Assembly (NCBI GenBank): GCA_964610875.1
Contig: CAZSWP010000039.1
Location: 1 to 33,395 of the forward strand
From: an uncultured archaeon
GTDB taxonomy: Archaea; Asgardarchaeota; Thorarchaeia; Thorarchaeales; Thorarchaeaceae
Reading direction: 5' to 3'
DNA: 33,395 bases
The stretch's first letter is position 1. Each line of letters starts with the position of its first letter. The position numbers and the translations under genes are program-made. This document shows, in pieces, positions 19,687-28,990 of the stretch. The notes below the pieces were generated by a model. It saw only the letters and a list, made by a program, of their open reading frames with translations. It had not been told where the DNA came from and did no database searches.

Positions 19687-20068
19687 GTGTATCACTCAGT
19701 TATGCCTAAGCATAATTGATTGCAGGCTGCGAAAAAAAGGCGAAATTGTCTGGGGGAGTATGAATGTGGTTTCCAATCAGGAACTCGTTCTAAAAAAACG
19801 CATCTTGCTTCTATATCCTGCACCTACTCATCAGTTATGGACCCTTATAGAGATGTGCATTCAGCAGTCTAATATCACTAAGCGGAATTGAATAATAGAA
19901 AAGACTCTAAGAAGAGAAAAGGTCGAAATGTACAAAGGAATCTCACAATAAGAAACCATTTGTACGGGGTGTGGAAGTTCTTTCAATAAAAACCAACTTA
20001 ATTTAAGAAGATAGTTATCGATTCCAAGATACAATCAAATCTGGAGCCAACAGAAGGGGTTGAACTAA

Positions 20069-20896
20069 CTGAACAAGGATAAGAAGTTAAACGAGTTGTT
20101 CAATGCGATATCACACCCCGTAAGAAGAAAAATCATCAATATGATAGGAGATTATGGATCAATAACATATACTGACATGACCACTCTGAAATTGGAGCCT
20201 GGGACACTCTATTTTCATATTGATGTGCTTTCAAAATCTAATGAACCGCTAGTAAAACAGATTGATAACAAACATTACATACTGACTACTGCAGGCCGCA
20301 CAGCTTTTGAAATAATCCAGAGAGGCGAAGATGGTATAGCTTGGATTATGAAGGACGAAGACCCCTCTTCAACTTCTGCCATTGTAAGAGCTCTTTGTAT
20401 CTATCCGATTGTCAGAAGAATTCAATCTGACCCATGGAGGTTTGCAATAGATATTTTATTGTTCGTTGGAATTTACGGATATTTATCATTCAGAGTCAGT
20501 TTACTTCCCATATTGCTATTCTTTATTGAAGGCACATTCGATATTGGCATCACAATTCTAGCTGCATTATTTGCATGGCTATCGACATATGTGCTATTGG
20601 AATTACTGTCATTACTCATACTAGGCAGACGCAAATTTAATCCTGGACTGCTCATGTCAATTCCAATTTCATTTCTTCCTTTTATCCTCCTCGAACTAGC
20701 ACTAGTATTCATAAATGAAATAATTGTTATAACTGGACTACCACTGACCTTAGTTTTAATTTGTGCAATTGCTTGGAGTACATATATTCTAACTCACTCG
20801 TTAGCACGTGCCAAAGTTGTTAGACCTCTTCAAGCTGCCATTGTGACTCTTCTGGTAACGAATCTAAATCTGTTAATTTTAGCTCTTGTTACCTAA
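20069..20896 (+). CDS. ArsR-like winged-helix regulator fused to a multi-TM domain
   Basis: FNAISHPVRRKII...GTLYFH...YILT..G followed by several TM helices. The frame is open back to a CTG at 20069; TTG at 20096 is the alternative start. Confidence 0.82.
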   Translation: MNKDKKLNELFNAISHPVRRKIINMIGDYGSITYTDMTTLKLEPGTLYFHIDVLSKSNEPLVKQIDNKHYILTTAGRTAFEIIQRGEDGIAWIMKDEDPSSTSAIVRALCIYPIVRRIQSDPWRFAIDILLFVGIYGYLSFRVSLLPILLFFIEGTFDIGITILAALFAWLSTYVLLELLSLLILGRRKFNPGLLMSIPISFLPFILLELALVFINEIIVITGLPLTLVLICAIAWSTYILTHSLARAKVVRPLQAAIVTLLVTNLNLLILALVT

Positions 20897-21042
20897 TGCG
20901 CAATACGATTTGTCAACTATATGTAAAAAGATTCATTTGGCACCTTTCGAAGTGACCTCGACTGGAATCGAACTGATGATTCAACACCCCTCGAATACAA
21001 ATATTATATACTATTCAAAACAAATACTTTTACTGTGATACA

Positions 21043-22023
21043 ATGAAAACTAACATACTAAAACTGATGTCGGTTGTCACTATGGTAATGCTTCTGGCTA
21101 CAATGCCAGCTGCAGCAGCCCAAAATGGTGGCATTGCATATCAGTACAGTACAGGCATGGCAAGTTTGACAACAGATGATATTGGTGTCAAGGTTACTGC
21201 CTATAATCAAGTGCCGCATTTCCATTGGTGGAATGTGACTTCTAATGAAACTGATTATCATGTAATGTTCCTCAAACTCTTTGAGGCTAACGATACTGAT
21301 AATGACGGAGTCTTTGATCCTGAAGTAGATAAACTCGTTGGAGTTCCTTATCTCCTACCCGCAGGTAACTGGGATTTCAGCGGATTTGATGCTGTAGAGG
21401 AAGATTCTGTTGTGACTGAGGTTCATTTCAACTTCACAACCACAGAAACCTTTACTCCGCCAATCCCTGAAATACCTGGGACTCCTGCACAAATACCTGA
21501 ATCCTTTGACGTCACGATTCAGATTCGAGTACATATAGACACTGCGAACCCTAATGAGATGAAGTTTGACCTCATTCTAGATGGATGGGTTTGGACATAC
21601 GAAGACTCAATCCTTGTCTTTCAGTTCACTGTGACCGAGAGTAATCATGGAGAGGATCAAGGTAATAATGTCCCTCCAGAATTTGCTCAGGATGAGAACC
21701 GTTTCCAATTCGGAGAAGGATATCTAGAGTTTGCAGAAGAAGCCAAAGCAGGAAACGCTAATGTTCCTGTTGCAGGTGCCTATGGCGAAGGTACTGGTGA
21801 TGAAGCCGGACAGTCTGTCTATCTCGCATTTGAATACTTTGGCAATGAAACACTGGAGTATGATCCGACCATTGGAATATCATCAACTTCTGGTGATGAT
21901 GGAACCTCTGGTGATGGTGGTACAGGCGACCTGTCAGATCTGTTTGACAATCAGTTCATTCTCTTAGCTGGTGGTATTTTCGTAATAGTACTAGTTATTG
22001 CAGTTGTGAAACTGAGAAAATAG
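21043..22023 (+). CDS. Secreted, C-terminally anchored acidic surface protein (paralog 1)
   Basis: Signal peptide, DTDNDG Ca-binding-like loop, KFD, YDPTIG, Gly/Asp linker, TM. Confidence 0.8.
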   Translation: MKTNILKLMSVVTMVMLLATMPAAAAQNGGIAYQYSTGMASLTTDDIGVKVTAYNQVPHFHWWNVTSNETDYHVMFLKLFEANDTDNDGVFDPEVDKLVGVPYLLPAGNWDFSGFDAVEEDSVVTEVHFNFTTTETFTPPIPEIPGTPAQIPESFDVTIQIRVHIDTANPNEMKFDLILDGWVWTYEDSILVFQFTVTESNHGEDQGNNVPPEFAQDENRFQFGEGYLEFAEEAKAGNANVPVAGAYGEGTGDEAGQSVYLAFEYFGNETLEYDPTIGISSTSGDDGTSGDGGTGDLSDLFDNQFILLAGGIFVIVLVIAVVKLRK

Positions 22024-22050
22024 TCTTGATTGATTAGTATAACATGCGCG

Positions 22051-22086
22051 GGGCTGGATTGAGTAATCTGGCCCTTCTATTTTTTT
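22051..22086 (+). terminator. Intrinsic terminator
   Basis: GGGCTGGATT-gagt-AATCTGGCCC followed by a T-rich tract. Confidence 0.75.
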
Positions 22087-22187
22087 GACATTTTGTAGTT
22101 AATCAATATTTATCATGATGTCCATCTATTGAAGGCATAGGAAATTAAAATAAAAGAAGAATCTAGTAATTATTGTATGGTGGTCAG

Positions 22188-23216
22188 ATGCGTCTGCTGA
22201 AAAAAATGTCCTTATTATCAGTGATGTTGTTGATTGTCCTGCTATCAGTGCCTTTGACAAATGCCCAAAATAACGGAATTGATTATGGCTATTCTTCTGG
22301 TTTTGTCAGTTTGACCACTAACGACATAGACGTCAGAGTCACTACATATAATCAAGCTCCACGTTTTCAATGGTGGAACACATCATCACAAGGTCTTGCA
22401 TACAATATCATGTTCCTGAAGATGTTTGAGATCAATGATGTCAATGAGAATGGTGCATATGACTTGGGAACAGATACTCCTGCAGGAGCACCTTCATTCC
22501 TACCTTCAGAAGGTTGGACATTCAGTGGTTTTGAAACGATAGAAAGAAATTCCGTTGTGGAGTTTGTTACATTCAACTATACCGCCTCTGTTAACTTCAC
22601 ATCTCCTACCACAATAACAGGTCCTCCCACTACATCAACTCCTGCGCCAATATCGGATTCGAATCATAATGAAGTCAATCTACGTATCAGTGTCCATCTG
22701 AATATCAGTAATCCCTCCCAAATCAAATTTGATGTCTACTTATCCAATTGGGAATGGACAGCTGATGATTCCATCTTAGTTTTCCACTTCATTGTAACGG
22801 AGAGTCTTGTAGGTCAGGACGTTGGCAATACTGCTCCTCCGAATTTTACTAGTGATGACAATCGCTTTGAGTTTGGTGCAGGGTACTTGGAATATGCAAA
22901 ATCTGCAATCGCTAATGATTCGTCTATCCCTGTAGCAGGGACATTTCAGCAATCACAAGATGAGGGGGCCACTGCAATCTATCTGGCATTCAGTAATTTT
23001 GGAAATGCTAGTCTTGCGTATGATCCAACTATTGGGATATATGGTTCTACTTCAACGACATCTTCTACTATTACCACAGCAACATCTCCCACTACATCAA
23101 GTACTATACCTGGAACCAATATTGAATATGAAGAACTCCTGTTAGTTTTTGGCGCTTTGAGCCTGATCGTCATTGTTGTAAGCTTGTTAAAACGAAGTAA
23201 GAATGGAACCATCTAA
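22188..23216 (+). CDS. Secreted, C-terminally anchored surface protein (paralog 2)
   Basis: Colinear with 21043-22023 (LTT.DI.V.VT.YNQ.P.F.WWN, MFLK.FE.ND, KFD, YDPTIG); Ser/Thr linker; TM. Confidence 0.8.
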   Translation: MRLLKKMSLLSVMLLIVLLSVPLTNAQNNGIDYGYSSGFVSLTTNDIDVRVTTYNQAPRFQWWNTSSQGLAYNIMFLKMFEINDVNENGAYDLGTDTPAGAPSFLPSEGWTFSGFETIERNSVVEFVTFNYTASVNFTSPTTITGPPTTSTPAPISDSNHNEVNLRISVHLNISNPSQIKFDVYLSNWEWTADDSILVFHFIVTESLVGQDVGNTAPPNFTSDDNRFEFGAGYLEYAKSAIANDSSIPVAGTFQQSQDEGATAIYLAFSNFGNASLAYDPTIGIYGSTSTTSSTITTATSPTTSSTIPGTNIEYEELLLVFGALSLIVIVVSLLKRSKNGTI

Positions 23217-23359
23217 TTGTGAATTGAAATCTTCCGAGAACTCTGAAAAGAAAATCGAGGCTGTCTTGGAGTCCTATCATATGCTATTACGACCTTTGGA
23301 GATAACTATTAATTACAAGAACATACCTCATTGTAGTTTGAGGTGAATTGGAACTGAGG

Positions 23360-23845
23360 ATGCAGAAGATACATTTCTGCCCAAATTGAGGTTCCAAATC
23401 CCTATCGACCAATAACAAATCACATACTGCATGGTACTGTATTGAATGCGGTCATAAGGTACATATCAATCCAATTCCCGTTGTTGGGGCGATTGTAGAA
23501 GTCGAGAATAAGGTTGTAGTTGTACGTCAGAAGAGAGACCCTTCCTTTATTGGGATTCCCGGTGGTTTCATTGAACCCTATGAGAGTATCAGTCAGGCAA
23601 TTGTGAGAGAAGTCAAAGAAGAAACCAACTTAGATTTTATTTTTAAAGGCGTGATAGACTCATACCCGTTCCAAATTGATGATGTGCATTACATATTCAT
23701 TGTACTCTATGGACAAGCGGATATTGATGAATTAAGAGCTGGTAGTGATGTGCAAGAAGTCATGCTATTGTCACCCAATGACGCATATACACGAATTACC
23801 GGAAAGCATGCAAAACAGGCATTGAAAAGATGGATGATAAGATAG
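23360..23845 (+). CDS. Zinc-ribbon NUDIX hydrolase with in-frame UGA (pseudogene or recoded)
   Basis: MQKIHFCPN*GS...YCIECG...NPIPVVGAIV...PGGFIEPYESISQAIVREVKEETNL. TGA at 23387-23389. Confidence 0.85.
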
Positions 23846-24155
23846 TATACAAATTAGAAACTGCTCAAGCCAACTAGTAACTCCCATAGCGAATGCTGAT
23901 ATGTGAATTACTGATAAGACAGCAATTTCGCTTTCTGCTGTGTTGAATTGCCTCAATTGAAAAGCAATCATCAACAAAGTATCAATGAACTAACTTCCTA
24001 CATCCAATAAATCATCAAAGAACGAGATGACGCCTACGGTTTGTTTATTGCTCTAGCAAACGATGAAGGTCCGATTTGAACCTTCAAGATTTGATGTCAT
24101 CCTCATCTCCCTTTCGAATTCATTCTAGCTATAAATAATTGCATATTCCAAGTAT

Positions 24156-25685
24156 TTACCAATTATTGACCAATGGAATTCTAGCATCTGTTGTGAGGTT
24201 TAGTCCCAATTCTTTCAACGCTCTCTCACATCCACGACTCATCAGATGAGTGCTGTGCATTTCGCAACCTTGGAGATTAGTCAATACATTGATACATTCG
24301 GCGGCATTGGGATTGAAGACTGCACTGACTGCAAGTGCATCAAGAACCTCTTTTACATCAAGGCTAGTATCCAGTATGCCCATCTGTTTTTTTAGTTTCA
24401 TAATACTCTCAATGATGATGGGTGAGAGAACATCAATCTCTCCTGGAATACCTGCAAGATGCTTGACTGCATTGAGGAATGCAGCAGATTCTGAGTTGAG
24501 AATTCTTGAGCGACTTCCAGTCAAGATTACCGGTCTACTCTCATCTGGATAGACCTCGATAGCTGCTCCAGTATGCATCTCCTTTGGTAGAAGCTTGGAA
24601 CCGTTCATGCTCTTCTCTAGAGATTCTTTAGCATGAATTGCGACGGTACGATCTTCTGGTCTTACACCTACTCGTTGCATAATTTTGTCTATGCGGTCCA
24701 GTGTGTTATGGGTGACGTTACCTTCAACAAAGTCTCTATGATATTGGTAATATCTTCGCACTATCTCGTCCTTGCTTGCTTGTCGTACAATACTGTCATC
24801 GATTATACCCACGCTAGCCATGTTGACTCCCATGTCTGTTGGGCTCCTAAAGTCTGCTAAGGGGTCTCCAGGCGGTGTAATTTTCTCGATGATTTTCTTG
24901 ATAATAGAGAAATTCTCCACATCTCGGTTATAGTTAGTGACCTCTATTCCATAGGCTTCTTTGTGATGAATGTCAATACAATTGTAATCACCAATATCTG
25001 CCGTTGCTGCTTCGTAAGCAATGTTTACGGGATGGTCAACAGGCAGGTCCCATACTGGAAATGTTTCGAACTTGGCAAAATTACTCATTATGCCAGCCTT
25101 TCTATCATGATAGATTTGACTCATGGCAAAGCTCATCTTGCCACTCCCAGGGCCTGGGGCTGTGATAATGACGATTTTCCTCTCAGTGTCAACATAGTCG
25201 AATTTTCCATAGCCCTCATCGCTGACCACCTTCTCTGGGTCTGTCAGATAGTCAGCAATCTCATGAGTGGTGAAGACCCTGATGCCTCTGTTTTCAAGGC
25301 GTTGTCTGAACTTGTCAGATGTAGGTTCTCCACTGTAACGACTGATCACTACGGCTGATACATCTAGTCCTAGCTGGTTCAAATCACTAATGTCTTTGAG
25401 AATCTGGTCGTCGTATGTCAGACCAAAATCTCTGCGTATCTTGCGTCGTTCGATGTCCTTAGCACTGATACAATGGATTATTTCGACATCCTTTCCTAGC
25501 CGCTTTAGCATCTGTACTTTAGTGTCCAGTGCAAAACCGGGGAGAACTCGTGTTGCATGATGGTCATATCGAAGCTTTCCTCCAAATTCCAAATAGAGCT
25601 TGTCGAACTGATTCACTCGTTCCATAATTCGTTTGATCTGGGCAGTGAGGTATTTGACCGTATCAAAGCCTTTCTTTCTTATCAT
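24156..25685 (-). CDS. DUF1846 / UPF0371 family protein
   Basis: KLYLEFGGKL, TAPGPGSGK, AKFETFPVW, NYNRDVE, SPTDMGVN, GCEMHSTH. Confidence 0.93.
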   Translation of the reverse strand: MIRKKGFDTVKYLTAQIKRIMERVNQFDKLYLEFGGKLRYDHHATRVLPGFALDTKVQMLKRLGKDVEIIHCISAKDIERRKIRRDFGLTYDDQILKDISDLNQLGLDVSAVVISRYSGEPTSDKFRQRLENRGIRVFTTHEIADYLTDPEKVVSDEGYGKFDYVDTERKIVIITAPGPGSGKMSFAMSQIYHDRKAGIMSNFAKFETFPVWDLPVDHPVNIAYEAATADIGDYNCIDIHHKEAYGIEVTNYNRDVENFSIIKKIIEKITPPGDPLADFRSPTDMGVNMASVGIIDDSIVRQASKDEIVRRYYQYHRDFVEGNVTHNTLDRIDKIMQRVGVRPEDRTVAIHAKESLEKSMNGSKLLPKEMHTGAAIEVYPDESRPVILTGSRSRILNSESAAFLNAVKHLAGIPGEIDVLSPIIIESIMKLKKQMGILDTSLDVKEVLDALAVSAVFNPNAAECINVLTNLQGCEMHSTHLMSRGCERALKELGLNLTTDARIPLVNNW

Positions 25686-26055
25686 AGTATCAACCAAGGA
25701 GAATAGGTAAATTGTATGACTCCCGATTCATCTGAGTGTGGTTTTATTCCTTCTGATATATCTGACTGATTGAAAAGAAAAAAGCCCCCTCTCTACATCC
25801 CTACTCCATTAGGAAACCTCAACAATTCAAATCTGAATTGGCTAACTCAAATCATTCTTTTTCATGACCAGCTATGCAACAGAAGAATCTCCTACCACGG
25901 AAGTGTAAGAAACAAAACCTTGAAATGAATCATCAATCCAGCTCAATTGTATGGTGGGATGAGATGAGTCATTTCGAGAATTATAGGGAAGAAATTTTGG
26001 GTTCTACTCTCTAGAGATAGGAAATTGAACAAAGGGAGCTCAGACCTCTCTTAGT

Positions 26056-26475
26056 TTACTTTATTCCCCACCAGTCTGGAACATCATGGTCAACCCAAAC
26101 GGGGTCGGGTGTGATCTTTTCCTCAGTGTCTTTCCCACGACTATCATGGATCACGGAGTTGAATTCTTCACTCACACTCACTGTCATATCATCTTCTACT
26201 AACACCTGACAAGAAAGGAAGACAGCTGGATGATCGAATTGTGGTTGACCAGATTTTATCAATTTTTCAAAGAGGTCCTGTTGCGCTTTTGTCTTCTTTG
26301 TTGGTACTCCTTTGTGAATGGTGACCCTACAAGTAGTGCACTTGACACGCCCTCCACAGGAATGGACTATGTCAACCCCATTATCGATGAGAGCTTTAAG
26401 GAGTTTTGTCCCGCTTACAACTTCGAACTCCTTTTGCACCTCGCCCATGAAATCGACAACTGTTACTTTTGGCAT
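26056..26475 (-). CDS. 2Fe-2S ferredoxin-type protein
   Basis: HSCGGRVKCTTC...LSCQ. Confidence 0.92.
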   Translation of the reverse strand: MPKVTVVDFMGEVQKEFEVVSGTKLLKALIDNGVDIVHSCGGRVKCTTCRVTIHKGVPTKKTKAQQDLFEKLIKSGQPQFDHPAVFLSCQVLVEDDMTVSVSEEFNSVIHDSRGKDTEEKITPDPVWVDHDVPDWWGIK

Positions 26476-26569
26476 AGTCCTAAGACCGTATACACTCTCT
26501 AAAATCTCTTGTGTGAGGATGTTATTTGAGAAAATTGTGCTATATAGTACAGGAAGCCACGGATTTATC

Positions 26570-27020
26570 TCAATCTCCCGGTTCTCTCTGCATCACAATT
26601 GACTGAAACATGACCGTGGCATCAAGTGGCTCCACGACACCATTTTCAAAACGCTTTAGGGAATCAGAATAAGTTTCCTCAAATTTTTCCAAGAATCGTC
26701 GCTCAAGCACTCTCGCATCATATGTATCACCGTTCATTGTAAGCTAGATAATTCTGGACACCAGAGCATTGTCCTCCAAATGACGGTACTGGGAATGGCT
26801 CTGTGAGGTCATAGTACGTGTCAGGATGACCTCCGTACTCTGGTATATTGTCTGAGCATATCACCTCGTCCTGAAACATGTCTAGGATTGTCCAGGTTTT
26901 TGGCGGCTGTTAACAACCCTCTTGGCGTACGGCACAAGTCGCATTTATGCCATATTCAAGAAGAACTGCAAGGTCTTAATGAAAAACAGCCCGTATATTT
27001 TTCGTTGTATTTTGGTTAAT
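26570..27020 (-). pseudogene. Decayed Asgard longin-like domain gene interrupted by mini-element copy 2
   Basis: After removing the element the frame reads IRAVFH*DLAVLLEYGINATCAVRQEG-DTYDARVLERRFLEKFEETYSDSLKRFENGVVEPL... with a TAA at 26976-26978. Confidence 0.6.
26730..26916 (-). mobile_element. Non-autonomous IS607-like mini-element, copy 2
   Basis: Same 187-bp length as copy 1; inserted at AGGG|T on the minus strand; right end nearly identical (...GGTGTCCAGAATTATCTAGCTTACAATGAACGG). Confidence 0.88.
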
Positions 27021-27090
27021 CTAACCTTACATATATCAGGTTTTAAAAACCCGCTTTCGAATTCTTCCTTGTTGACGCGATTGTGAGAAA

Positions 27091-27594
27091 ATGAATGAAG
27101 TAGAAAAACCAAATCAAGAAGCCACTGACATGGAGATTGAATCACTAACAGAAAACAAAGATTCTTCGGACAAAGAAATCAAGTCAAGGATTGAATACAC
27201 GCTTCTCTTGAGTCCCTACATAGAACATGATACTATGGATATCGATGTTTCAAAAGGACATGTTACACTAAATGGTTCTGTAGATGCCTTTTGGAAGAAA
27301 CGAGAAATTAAGGTCATTGCAGCAAACACGAAGGGAGTAGTTGACGTGATTGATGAGATTGACATCGTACCATCACGAGAGTATACAGATAAGGAGATCA
27401 CTCGCGAACTTAAGAAGACCATAGACCGTAGACCTGGTGTATCACAGGAGGATGTCGATGTGAACGTTTCTGATGGCGAAGTGACAATTGAAGGCACTGT
27501 TCCCAATTGGTTTACATACTCGCGAATCAAAATTTCCTCTGAGAATACCCTTGGTGTTGTTGATGTTGTTGACAAAATAAAAATTGAGAGCTAA
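27091..27594 (+). CDS. BON domain protein (two BON repeats)
   Basis: IDVSKGHVTLNGSV...GVVDVIDEI and VNVSDGEVTIEGTV...GVVDVVDKI. Confidence 0.9.
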   Translation: MNEVEKPNQEATDMEIESLTENKDSSDKEIKSRIEYTLLLSPYIEHDTMDIDVSKGHVTLNGSVDAFWKKREIKVIAANTKGVVDVIDEIDIVPSREYTDKEITRELKKTIDRRPGVSQEDVDVNVSDGEVTIEGTVPNWFTYSRIKISSENTLGVVDVVDKIKIES

Positions 27595-27855
27595 TGATTT
27601 CAGCTTTCAACAGCAGAACCTGTAAATCAATAACCAGAGAATCTTACCAAATGACTGCGACAATGAACATATCTCTCAATTTCAAGAATTAAAGGTCTGA
27701 CCATCTGTAAAGAGAGATATGTCTTTAGTAGATGTTGTAAAGGGAGAACGAAGAAGTCCGCATTGTTAGCACAATGCTACTAACGCTTAGCACCATAATC
27801 TTTCTGACTATCGAAATTGATTAATGGTTGAACTCACAAAATCGAAGGAGGTTGT

Positions 27856-28152
27856 ATATTCATTCAAGTCCTTCAAGCTGAACTCATTACTGCCGTAATT
27901 GTAGTTGTTGGTGTTCTATTCTTTATGATTCTGCTTGGTTGCATACTTTCTATTCGTGAGCGATTGAGTAATCGCATAATTTCTATAACACAACTAGTTT
28001 TCATTTTCGTCATGTTTATTTCTATCTTCTATTACTTCCTTATCAGTGTTTTATCATTCAGTGATTTTGTTCTCTTGCTGGCAATTGCATTATTACCAGT
28101 CTTGTGCTTTGACTGGTCAAAAATAAAGTCTGATGAAATAAAAGAAGAATGA
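27856..28152 (+). CDS. Small three-TM membrane protein
   Basis: The frame of ORF 27925-28152 stays open and hydrophobic back to an ATA at 27856, just after GGAGGT. Start uncertain. Confidence 0.55.
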   Translation: MFIQVLQAELITAVIVVVGVLFFMILLGCILSIRERLSNRIISITQLVFIFVMFISIFYYFLISVLSFSDFVLLLAIALLPVLCFDWSKIKSDEIKEE

Positions 28153-28193
28153 AGAGAGAGAACGGACCTCAGTTGAATGATACGGTAACATCT

Positions 28194-28955
28194 TTATCTT
28201 TCTGGTAGTGCCTTGAGAGCTCTTTCAATCTCAATGAATTTAGTTTCTCCAAAAATTGGTTCGGGGGGTTGAATGTTTTCTTTGGAAAGATATTTTTCGA
28301 CGTCTTCTATATGTCCTTCTACAATAATCTTGTTTTCATGTAGCAAAACAAGTTTGATTGGGATATGTTTAGTAAGAGCATGTGCAAACTTATAGCTGGG
28401 TGTATAAGATACAACGCACGATCCTTTATTGAGTAGAAGATTGAGCTCGTTAATGATTTTTCTGAAATATGATGTAGAAACGGATGCAGTAAAGTCTGAA
28501 AGAACGAAATATCTCGGTTGTACAAGGAGAGCTTCAAGTATCTCAAACTCCCTGATAGTTTCACTTCCTAGCTCTGAAGATTTAGTATCCAAAAACTCAT
28601 GTATGAGTAATCTCTTCGCATGTCTGTATAGGTCTTTTATTACTGAGTTCTCAATTCCTCGAAGTTTCAGATAATAAGTCAGGTTCTGACGCGGTGTCAG
28701 ACTTTGATTCATCACTGGTTGTTGAAGTAAGAACATCACCCTTTGCTTTGCAGCATCAAGATGTGCAGGAATTCCATCAACCTCAATATTCCCCTCCACT
28801 GGAATAATTAAGCCACAGATGGCATTTAGAATCCCTTGTAACACTAAGCCATCAGATCCCACAAGTAGTGTCATATCCCCTCTTCCCATTGAAAGACATA
28901 CATTGTTGATTTGCACTCCTTCGGAAAAAATACTGACATTATTCATTGCAATCAT
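28194..28955 (-). CDS. Degenerate ABC ATPase-like protein
   Basis: ABC scaffold (ICGLIIP.EG.I.VDG, LTPRQNL.YY) with Walker A GSDGLVLQ, signature LGSET and Walker B FVLSDF all degraded. Confidence 0.82.
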   Translation of the reverse strand: MIAMNNVSIFSEGVQINNVCLSMGRGDMTLLVGSDGLVLQGILNAICGLIIPVEGNIEVDGIPAHLDAAKQRVMFLLQQPVMNQSLTPRQNLTYYLKLRGIENSVIKDLYRHAKRLLIHEFLDTKSSELGSETIREFEILEALLVQPRYFVLSDFTASVSTSYFRKIINELNLLLNKGSCVVSYTPSYKFAHALTKHIPIKLVLLHENKIIVEGHIEDVEKYLSKENIQPPEPIFGETKFIEIERALKALPER

Positions 28956-28990
28956 TGTTTATCACCATCGCTAAATCAGAAAACGATCAA

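Noticed and set aside
23771-24106. Minus-strand frame with two in-frame TAG codons as pyrrolysine readthrough
   Set aside because: No recognisable family or conserved context. It is more likely a decayed membrane-protein fragment or chance.
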